DNA of 64,000 nucleotides from Candidatus Bathyarchaeia archaeon (GTDB lineage: Archaea; Thermoproteota; Bathyarchaeia; 40CM-2-53-6): assembly GCA_049513715.1 (NCBI GenBank), contig JBEKVV010000001.1, forward strand, positions 128,001 to 192,000, in the 5' to 3' direction. The notes under the pieces were generated by a model. That model had not been told where the DNA came from and did not search any database. It worked only from the letters and a program-made list of their open reading frames with translations. Of the stretch, positions 37,847 through 45,679 are shown one piece after another. Every line of letters starts with the position of its first letter. The stretch's first letter is position 1. Both the position numbers and the translations under genes were made by a program.

Positions 37847-40120
37847 CTAGCTGGCGAGCGTGTACTCTATTCTCTTGTCCGCGCTCCGCCTCTTTGACTC
37901 GGGCCAAAGATTGAAGGGGAGGAGCCCGTAGGACGCACGGCCAATGTAGGTCAGTTTGTCAGACCCGCATTTGCCGCATTTCGGACCTGTACCCCGGTCG
38001 GTGTTGCCGCAGGCAGTACAAGCGGAGTAGTTCGACGTGTAAGTCAGGAACTTGCAGCCTGCTTGAAAGGCCGCCTCAGTAGTCTTCAGTAAACCCGAGC
38101 CCGAAGAATCTGGCGCCGTACAAATTACGCTCAAATGTCCACCTGGTGTCGCTGATTGGAATTTCGATTCAATTCTTAGCCTAATCTCAATGGGCACCTT
38201 AGCTGTGAGTGGAACGGTGGGCATATCCGTATAGTGAAACAAACCCCGTGACCCATCAGCTACAATTACTGCTCTACCATACTCTTCGATGTCCAATTCA
38301 GCAAGCCGTCCCACAGCTTCATCTCCTGGCCGCTGCGAAACGCGAATTCTCATGTCCGCTTCTTCCGAAGCATCTTTGACGAGCTTCGATGATTCCTCCA
38401 GAATCCTCAAACCGAAATCCACTGCAATCTTGTCCCGATCTATCCTCTGCCCTGTGTGAGCCTCCACCGCCTCGCTAATACCGATCAGAGACAGATTGTA
38501 GGAAGCATTCTTCTCGTAAAAGTAAGGAGCCGAGGAGCTTCCACCTGCCAGCAGAGGCAGCAGTGGCTGCTTGAGCCGTTCGCCGACAAACCTCTTCTTT
38601 GCTTTGAAGCCCTCCACACTTAATGAGATCGATTCCTTGAGTAATGCAAGGAACTTCTCATCGCTCTTTTTTGAGTTGTAAGCAATCCGTGGAAGGTTGA
38701 GGAAGATCGTATCCATGCTCCCCGTTCTAATGCAGTCCGCGTCCCAGTGGCCAGTCCAGTCGTCAGAAATCCTTAGCCCTGTCGCGGAGTAGCTGCTCTT
38801 CTCCCCGTCGCCGATTAGCTCAAAGTAGGGAACACTCCTTGAAGCTGCGAGCTCATGTGCTTTTTCCAAAATCTTCCTAGTTTTCGGGTCGTCTAGCTCC
38901 TTGTGTCTGATTCTTATGATCAGGTGGGGCTGGATTGGCGGCCTAGCCTCAGACACTGTTCGGAAGGCTTCAACGGTTGCCTCGGCCAGCCTGAAGCTCT
39001 CATCTTGGAAATCTGCGTAATGGCCGCTAACTTTTCCTCCGGGCCCAATCGCTTCCTCTTGTGAGAGGAATTCTGGCATTTCTAGGTCAATGGTGAACGA
39101 GGTACCTGATTGTGGGCTGCCTGAGGTAATGTCTCTTCTAATTGATGTGAGAAAATAGGTTAGTGCCTTCGTCGTATCATCCAATTTCCTTCCTCGAACG
39201 TACGGGGCAAGGAATGTGTTGAGATATTCGAGCGTTTGTTCACCGGAGACTTCTCCCGAACCCATGTCGAGCACTTGTCTCACCAGAGTCAAAGCTCCCT
39301 CGAATGTTTCTGGAGGCTCTGTTCCTGGAAGGCTATTGCGTAAGAAATAGCGAAGGTCATGGACGATTTCGTTTGGTTTGAGTATCCAATTCTCTAGGTT
39401 TGCGATGTGTATCGATCCTGATAGGTGTGCGTCAGCCAGCTTATGGGGTAAGCAATTCAGCAAGACATACTCGGAGAGCACGGATTTAGCGGAAGAACGA
39501 TGAACGAAGTCCGCACTTAACTGGCTATCGCCCGCATTTCGAATAAGCTGAGCGACATCATAGACGGGCATGCCGAGCCTCGTGAGTTTGTGGCGATACT
39601 CCTCCAGCCTCTTCTCGATGAGGATGGCGTTTACGAATTCGCGAATCAAAGGCGCTGTCAAGTACACAGTCCTCAACCTAATGAGGCGGTCCTCTGCTTC
39701 CGCGGCAATTTCATCAGCAATTTCCTGCGGGACACCTGCCTCCACCACAAGGGATTTGGCGATCTTGTTGCGGTGAAATTCCTCTATCGCGAGTCTGGAT
39801 GTACGAACGTAGAGTTTACCGCGCTTCACGTTCACATATTCGTCCATGTCTCTTGCGAATGAGACGATCATTCGGCCGAGTTCAGTCAGCTCGTACTTCT
39901 TTGTCTTCTTATCCAGCGTGACCAAGCCAGTGCTTGTTAGACTTCGAAGATGGTAGACGAATTTGCCAGCGTCGCGGACAGGGTCGAGCTTCAGTTGAAA
40001 CATTATTTCTGTATACTGGAGTGAGCCCTTGATCGAAAGCAGTCGCAATATTTGTAGTCGAACGGGCGCCGACGCGGCGTCAAAGATGCTGGCACCGACT
40101 CTCTCCGATGAACGTTGCAA
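37847..40120 (-). CDS. ArsR-type HTH + ATP-cone + class III ribonucleotide reductase (NrdD)-like protein, catalytic residues absent
   Basis: RLQILRLL...YHLRSL...YELTELG (wHTH); VRTS...EEFHRNKI...TAPLIRE (ATP cone); DAHLSGSIHI, LNLPR, TPGGH, CTAC...CGKC (NrdD body). Confidence 0.88.
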   Translation of the reverse strand: MQRSSERVGASIFDAASAPVRLQILRLLSIKGSLQYTEIMFQLKLDPVRDAGKFVYHLRSLTSTGLVTLDKKTKKYELTELGRMIVSFARDMDEYVNVKRGKLYVRTSRLAIEEFHRNKIAKSLVVEAGVPQEIADEIAAEAEDRLIRLRTVYLTAPLIREFVNAILIEKRLEEYRHKLTRLGMPVYDVAQLIRNAGDSQLSADFVHRSSAKSVLSEYVLLNCLPHKLADAHLSGSIHIANLENWILKPNEIVHDLRYFLRNSLPGTEPPETFEGALTLVRQVLDMGSGEVSGEQTLEYLNTFLAPYVRGRKLDDTTKALTYFLTSIRRDITSGSPQSGTSFTIDLEMPEFLSQEEAIGPGGKVSGHYADFQDESFRLAEATVEAFRTVSEARPPIQPHLIIRIRHKELDDPKTRKILEKAHELAASRSVPYFELIGDGEKSSYSATGLRISDDWTGHWDADCIRTGSMDTIFLNLPRIAYNSKKSDEKFLALLKESISLSVEGFKAKKRFVGERLKQPLLPLLAGGSSSAPYFYEKNASYNLSLIGISEAVEAHTGQRIDRDKIAVDFGLRILEESSKLVKDASEEADMRIRVSQRPGDEAVGRLAELDIEEYGRAVIVADGSRGLFHYTDMPTVPLTAKVPIEIRLRIESKFQSATPGGHLSVICTAPDSSGSGLLKTTEAAFQAGCKFLTYTSNYSACTACGNTDRGTGPKCGKCGSDKLTYIGRASYGLLPFNLWPESKRRSADKRIEYTLAS

Positions 40121-40265
40121 CTCAATACCGCCTAGAAGGTGAATTACAAGTACTATAGGCATGGGGTTATGTTTAAAAAATTGTAGTTGCGTGCATCTCG
40201 ACAGATTACGTACAGTTTATTTGAGATTAATCAAGCCGTGGCGCCGTCGACAGCCGAGAGTGGAG

Positions 40266-40792
40266 ATGAAGAACTTGGGCGAATTGCGCATGAACGAAGC
40301 CGATTACGCGAAACTCGCAGAGCTAGAAGACGCCTTCGAAAGGAAGGACCTTGAATACTTCAAGACTTTCCTAGGAAAATCGAGTGGTCTTCCCTTGCTG
40401 TTGCGTGTTCACTCTGTCTGCATGTTAGAGCACATGGGAAACGAAGACATTGTGAAGGCACTTGGTCAGGTCTTGAGAGATGACCCTAGCCCACTAACAA
40501 GGCATGAAGCAGCCTTCACCCCGGCCAGCTAGGTTTCCGCTCAGCCGTACCAGCACTTGTTGAAGCAATGCTCGAGGACGAGAGCCCCATTGTACGGCAT
40601 GAGTCGGCGGTAGCCCTAAGCTCGATTGGGGCAGAAGATGCGCTCCCTGAACTGGAACGAGCAATCAACGATAAGAACGAGGATGTCAGCAACTCTGCTC
40701 TTATTGCCTCCGAATATTTGACCTATCTGAGTCGAAAACGTGATAGTGTCAGCAAAGTCGGAGCGACCTTGAAACCTAAGATTCGCCTATAG
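40266..40792 (+). pseudogene. HEAT-repeat protein resembling half of deoxyhypusine hydroxylase; 1-nt frameshift (real or sequencing error)
   Basis: RHEAAFT continues as GQLGFRSAVPALVEAMLEDESPIVRHESAVALSSIG if one base is added at 40519-40522. Confidence 0.75.
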
Positions 40793-40875
40793 TAAGGAAT
40801 CTGCTGCGCGTCGGTATGAGGCACTGGCCGCGATCGCGGAAGGATTTAAGGAAGTGGATGTTTCCTTGGGGATTA

Positions 40876-41046
40876 GGGGCGGTGGTCCAGACCGCGAGTC
40901 AACCCGCGTGGGGACAACTTGGTCTAAGATAGCGCGAGACGCCTTAAAACCGGTCTCGGGGCCAGTTGCCTGAAACGGCGAGCACACCGGTGATCGAGGG
41001 TTCAAAATGATCGCAAACGATCATGACAATCCCTCCCGCCCCACCA
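40876..41046 (+). tRNA. tRNA-Pro(CGG) with four BHB introns (15/16, 25/26, 37/38, 59/60)
   Basis: Removing 40891-40917, 40931-40948, 40961-40984 and 41007-41029 gives a 79-nt cloverleaf: GGGGCGG TG GTCC AGCTTGGTCTA AGAT A CCGGT CTCGGGC ACCGG TGATC GAGGG TTCAAAT CCCTC CCGCCCC A CCA. Confidence 0.9.
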
Positions 41047-41103
41047 ATATGATGAGAACAAAGCCAAGATGGACGGCCTCCTTAATGGTGAACCTCAAGC
41101 TGA

Positions 41104-42093
41104 ATGGGCTCTGAGGGAAATGCGGGGATGCAAATGAGGCTTCGAACGGTCACTGCTCTATTTGGATTGATTTTCATCGTCACGCAAGCAACAGCGCAAC
41201 CTCACATTTACGCTCAAATCGTTGATCCGCAACTGCAAAGCCGTCTCTCAAGACTTGAAGATTTCCTAGTGAATCAATTCAATGCCACAGTCGGATTAGT
41301 CAGGGAATCACCTGACCATTCAATCAGTCGAGACTACTGGCTCCTGTCAGATAATTTAATCGCCATGCATGTCTTAGCGAAAGATCACCCAGAGATCGCG
41401 GTAAGAATCAATCAGACTATGCAGAAATTCGGAATATTCACCGACGGCCTACACGAAGCACTATTCGGAGCTGCCATACCGCTGCTCCCATACACGCCAA
41501 TAGTCAAGGTGGCCGAAAATGATTCATACCTTGTGAAAGTTGAGGTCAGAAGCAATGAGACGGGGAAGCTGCAACCGGACTGGACCGAATACGCTGACCT
41601 CTCAATCTACGCTGCGCTGAGCGCTCACAATACGGGCAACGATCAGCTCGCAATCTACTATTTCAACCGAGCCTTACAGATGTGGAATGGCGCGGGACTA
41701 TGGGACCGCCCAACACAGGAAGACGGATTCTATACGACGAGTAAACTCGCGTTGCTCATGTACGCGGCTGACATGCTGAATCAAACAATTCCCTACAGGA
41801 CCACGCTTGAAGACCATATTTGGCTATTCCAAAGGGAGGATGGCGGCATACGGTCGCACTACTTGGGTAATTTGACTTCGAACAGGGAAGCGAACAGTGA
41901 AACCGCTGGCCTAGGCCTCTTAGCCTATCAATACAAAATCCAGAAGGACATTCTCCAAGCAAACAGACAGGCGCAGATAATCGCAGAACAGCAAGCAGCA
42001 GCCAGAACGCAACTCATAGAGACCATAATCATAGCCGCAGTCGCTGCACTCGTTTTGGGGCTGATGCTTCTCAGGAAGATGAAAGCTCGATGA
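41104..42093 (+). CDS. Secreted, C-terminally anchored protein, possibly alpha/alpha-toroid
   Basis: Signal peptide, YWLLSDN, EYADL, WNGAG, FQREDGG, NSETA, C-terminal TM plus basic tail. Confidence 0.7.
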   Translation: MGSEGNAGMQMRLRTVTALFGLIFIVTQATAQPHIYAQIVDPQLQSRLSRLEDFLVNQFNATVGLVRESPDHSISRDYWLLSDNLIAMHVLAKDHPEIAVRINQTMQKFGIFTDGLHEALFGAAIPLLPYTPIVKVAENDSYLVKVEVRSNETGKLQPDWTEYADLSIYAALSAHNTGNDQLAIYYFNRALQMWNGAGLWDRPTQEDGFYTTSKLALLMYAADMLNQTIPYRTTLEDHIWLFQREDGGIRSHYLGNLTSNREANSETAGLGLLAYQYKIQKDILQANRQAQIIAEQQAAARTQLIETIIIAAVAALVLGLMLLRKMKAR

Positions 42094-42329
42094 GATGGAA
42101 ACTTTCCATTCTGAGTCTTGCGGCTGCTGGAATAGGAAAACGACAGTAATGAAATCGCTCAGAAACGAGCCGATTTGCGAGCAACTCACCGCACCTATGC
42201 GGTGGGGTTCTCCCGCCCCATCAAAATAAGACGTATCTGCTTTGAAAGTCACCAATAGTCTTGAGTCGGAATAAACCTCATTCTAGTTTGAGCAACCCAA
42301 TTCACCTCGAACACCCAACCGGAGAATGG

Positions 42330-43085
42330 TCATTCCTCGTATCCCGCATGCATGAACGCATGCGGTGCACCAAAAGATGGAATGAAAACATCCTCGAATC
42401 TTATATTCGAGAGGAGCTGCCTACTCGCACTATCCACGAGGCTCTTCTCTCGTTGACTGTGAGCAAGCCCAACTGATGACCCAATGTATTGACTGCAGCG
42501 GCCGCTGCATTTTTCCTTGATGTCAGAATATGCTCGTTTCAATGGATTTGAATTGCGCTTAATCCAAAACGGCCGCTCAGTAAGGTCGATGATCGCCGCG
42601 TCGAACTCCTCGTTAACGGAATGAAGGTATTCGAAAGCATCGCCGATCACGATTCTGACTCTGGAGTCTTTGAACGCTCGGTTTACTCCTTTGATGTACT
42701 TCCGGCAACATTCAACAACCATTGGGTCGATCTCAATGACGGTGACGTGCTCAACTGAAGAAGATTCAAGCAATGCCTGCACTGTCTGACCGCTTCCACC
42801 TCCAAGCACGACAACACGGGCAACCTGATTTCTCTTAGCAGTACCACAGAGGGCTTCATTGAAGATACGTGAATCATAGGCGGTATGCTGAACATTACCG
42901 TCGAGGAACAACATCCTACCGTAGGAATCATTGTCGATTATGTCTATTTTCTGATATTTCGAACGTTCCGAGAAACAGAATCTCTTGGCATGATACGCGA
43001 GATGTAATCCAGGATAAGGTTGGTACACAATGTACTCGGATTTGTCAAAGCACACCTTGCGTCCGCTAATTGACATATGCTTCAC
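42330..43085 (-). CDS. speE: Spermidine synthase-like aminopropyltransferase
   Basis: SKYQKI, YGRMLFLDG, VLGGGSG, EIDP, GDAFEY, IIDLTE, IPSFG. Confidence 0.8.
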   Translation of the reverse strand: MKHMSISGRKVCFDKSEYIVYQPYPGLHLAYHAKRFCFSERSKYQKIDIIDNDSYGRMLFLDGNVQHTAYDSRIFNEALCGTAKRNQVARVVVLGGGSGQTVQALLESSSVEHVTVIEIDPMVVECCRKYIKGVNRAFKDSRVRIVIGDAFEYLHSVNEEFDAAIIDLTERPFWIKRNSNPLKRAYSDIKEKCSGRCSQYIGSSVGLAHSQREKSLVDSASRQLLSNIRFEDVFIPSFGAPHAFMHAGYEE

Positions 43086-43136
43086 TGAATGGGAAGAAAA
43101 TAATCTATATTAGACCTCTGTCGTGCATTTCAGGTA

Positions 43137-43922
43137 ATGAATCGTCCACTCTATAGCCAGCTCGTTGCTTACTATGAACTCGTCGAAGGCCGGGACTGGA
43201 AGAGTGAGGTCAACCTCATTGGTTCTGTTTTGACGAATTACGGGTCAGAATCTGTAGTTGATCTGGGGTGCGGAACTGGATACCATGTGAGAGCCTTAAC
43301 GAAGCTAGGATTCGAGGCAACTGGGATTGATATCTCGAAACAAAACATCCAGTTCGCCAGAAAGAGAGCAAAAGAGGAAAACATTCGCCCGAGCTTTGTT
43401 GACGGTAGCTACTACAAATTTCGCCCCGGTCGTGTTTTTGACGCGGCTCTCTGTTTGAACTGGTCTATCCCCGTAAGGGACGATGAAGTGAAACGGTTTC
43501 TTGATAATACGTACCACTTGCTTCGCCCCGGAGGATTGCTGATTTTCGACTTTGAGAAGGTCTCGGAAATTGTCTGGAGCGACGTTGGAAAGGCAATCAC
43601 GGAGTCATGGGATCAGCCAGGTAAGCTGATTGTAAGAGTTTCAGTTGGACATATAGCCTCAAAAGTACTATGTTCAAAGGACGTTTACCTGATCTACTGG
43701 AAGTCTTCCGAACCGACGCTGCCGGATGAGAGGTCAAGATATGAAGTTGTCAGGCAGAGCAAACGTGTTCAGATATATGTCGACAATTCCTGTGTGCGGT
43801 TCTTTTCGATGCCAGAGATAAGAGACTTCGCACGACTTTCTGGGTTCAAGACGATAGCTAATTTCGTTCTTCCGAGGAATAAGTACAAGCGGACCTATTC
43901 TGTCCTCAAGAAAGTTACCTAG
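43137..43922 (+). CDS. Class I SAM-dependent methyltransferase
   Basis: VDLGCGTG, GIDIS, LRPGGLLIFD. Confidence 0.9.
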   Translation: MNRPLYSQLVAYYELVEGRDWKSEVNLIGSVLTNYGSESVVDLGCGTGYHVRALTKLGFEATGIDISKQNIQFARKRAKEENIRPSFVDGSYYKFRPGRVFDAALCLNWSIPVRDDEVKRFLDNTYHLLRPGGLLIFDFEKVSEIVWSDVGKAITESWDQPGKLIVRVSVGHIASKVLCSKDVYLIYWKSSEPTLPDERSRYEVVRQSKRVQIYVDNSCVRFFSMPEIRDFARLSGFKTIANFVLPRNKYKRTYSVLKKVT

Positions 43923-43991
43923 GTGACGTTGCACATTCTGGATCCGTGAGTGTCTGGACTGGTTGGGCGTGCAGGCTTGGTCCCGTTTGTT

Positions 43992-44645
43992 CTACCTGAA
44001 TCTCGTTCCGCATCTGTCGCAGAAGCTAGCATAGTACGCTAGTGGTGCTCCGCAGGTTGGGCACGAACCAAAGGCCCCGGGTTGTTGGAAGGGCACTTGC
44101 TGTGGTTGCGGGTAGTAGGGTTGTGGTGCAGGTTGCGGAAAAGCTGTGGGTGGGTAGGCAGCTGGCGGGTATGGGGGCGAGGCAGGAGGATACATTGGTA
44201 CGCCTGGTCGTGCTATTAGGGGAGGTCCAACGGGTCGCCCGAAGAAAGCTCGCACATTGGCCGTGCTGAGGTAGGCGAGAATCAGCCCGTAGAAGATTAT
44301 CGGGATGACGTTGGCAAGGCTACCGAAAATCAACCCCACGATTGCGATTATGAGGCCGATAATTGAGATTATCATTGTAGCTGTCCACGCCCACGGCCGC
44401 CCGGTCCAGAGCCCGTAAGCCAACACGAATGAGATGAATCCGAACGCGAAATAGGCTATGGCTAGAGGAATCAGAAAGAAAGCGAAGGCCGCTGAGAACC
44501 CCATGCCAACAAATGATAGGGCGAACGCGTAAACCGCCAAAAGAATGATACCGATCAATATGTCAATGAAACCAACAAGGATCTGCAGTACTGTCAGAAT
44601 CGTAACGCCAGGCAGCCTTGGAGGCCGGAACATGACTGGGATCAT
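43992..44645 (-). CDS. Membrane protein with Pro/Tyr/Gln-rich tail and zinc ribbon
   Basis: 4 TM (GLWTGRPWAW), YPPASPPYPP..., CPTCG...FCDRCG. Confidence 0.85.
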   Translation of the reverse strand: MIPVMFRPPRLPGVTILTVLQILVGFIDILIGIILLAVYAFALSFVGMGFSAAFAFFLIPLAIAYFAFGFISFVLAYGLWTGRPWAWTATMIISIIGLIIAIVGLIFGSLANVIPIIFYGLILAYLSTANVRAFFGRPVGPPLIARPGVPMYPPASPPYPPAAYPPTAFPQPAPQPYYPQPQQVPFQQPGAFGSCPTCGAPLAYYASFCDRCGTRFR

Positions 44646-44728
44646 CGGGCTACTCCTCGGATTTTCTATCTTGCTTCAGGGTGTTAAGAAACCTTCGAAT
44701 AGATACGTGCTTGGTCGGTATTGGTCGT

Positions 44729-44880
44729 TGGTAGCGGGGGGTGGATGTTCGGGCGTTCTTGTGGCCTTTCGAACCACCGTTTGAGGAGCCTTCGCGGCTC
44801 AATCTCAGGGTTTCTCGCCAGGATATGAGCCCTCCGCACTGAAGGGTTCTGCGGGTTAAACCTGGCTACCCCACCCCGCT
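44729..44880 (-). tRNA. Initiator tRNA-Met(CAT) with four BHB introns (29/30, 37/38, 47/48, 59/60)
   Basis: Removing 44832-44848, 44812-44823, 44780-44801 and 44746-44767 gives AGCGGGG TG GGGT AGCCAGGTTTA ACCC G CAGGG CTCATAA CCCTG AGATC GGTGG TTCGAAT CCACC CCCCGCT A CCA; A1:U72 and three G-C anticodon-stem pairs. Confidence 0.92.
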
Positions 44881-45364
44881 ACGTTTTGGAACCCGCAGAG
44901 ATTGTTGCCGAGCTACAGGCTTGTTGCCACGCTAGATAAGTTTGTTTCGTAAGCGCACGAGAAAGGAATCGGCAGTTCATCCAAACTGTAAGCTGAACCG
45001 CGACCGAGCCTTGGACCGTTTGTCAATTTTCTCAAAGGCCATCCAGTGGGAGTGTACCACGCGCTTCGCTTCGCGGGACAAAGAGTTCGGCTGCTATGAT
45101 TCTTCGCCTCATGGAACGTTGAGTGAAGACTTTCCTGATTTCCCAAGAATTCTTTCCGTTATCGTTTGTGGAGGCCTCTGCAAACTACCGCAGTTGGAGA
45201 ATTTTCCAGCCGGTCTCTGCCGCGGTCGCTCTGCGGAATCTTTTACACTCTCTTGACAACTTTCCTGGTGTAGATGTATGCCTTTGCTGTAAATAAGTTA
45301 ATACTTGCGCAATGGGTACGGGAAGCCTTATTCATCTTGTTTCATGCGTTTCCCCAGATCAGAA

Positions 45365-45592
45365 ATGTCATACATCGTCGTACCTAGACCACCGGTCCCA
45401 TACACTTGCTACGTACCGCAACAATGCGTTGCACCACAACCACCTGAGGTATACTATCAGCCGCCGCCACAAGCCTACTGTGCTGTTCCGCCTCCCGTTG
45501 CCTACGCATACCAACCACCCCCCGTAGTATACAGTTACCAACCACCCGGACAAATCGTCTACACACACTCACCGCCGGTCAGAGTGCAATAG
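45365..45592 (+). CDS. 75-aa Pro/Val/Tyr/Gln-rich microprotein
   Basis: MSYIVVPRPPVPYTCYVPQQ...; repeated YQPP(P); followed by a strong hairpin. Confidence 0.7.
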   Translation: MSYIVVPRPPVPYTCYVPQQCVAPQPPEVYYQPPPQAYCAVPPPVAYAYQPPPVVYSYQPPGQIVYTHSPPVRVQ

Positions 45593-45640
45593 CGCGTTTC
45601 CTCCTAAGGTAGGAGGAGCGCGTACCATCCTTTCATTTGG
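45592..45640 (+). terminator. GC-rich hairpin after the microprotein stop
   Basis: GCGCGT-T-TCCTCCTA AGG TAGGAGGA-GCGCGT, followed by a pyrimidine-rich stretch; lies between convergent genes. Confidence 0.55.
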
Positions 45641-45679
45641 AGATTGGATACTTCGCGTATTCCCGGCGAGGATCCCTGC

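Noticed and set aside
37847..40120. Functional nrdD call
   Set aside because: Catalytic Cys residues and the glycyl-radical motif are not recognisable, so the gene symbol was withheld.
40500..40540. Frameshifts in the HEAT and MFS genes explained by mRNA BHB introns or programmed frameshifting
   Set aside because: Both proteins are colinear after a single-base fix; I saw no BHB or canonical slippery heptamer.
44913..45256. Two overlapping short ORFs upstream of tRNA-iMet
   Set aside because: No motifs, SD or compositional support on either strand.
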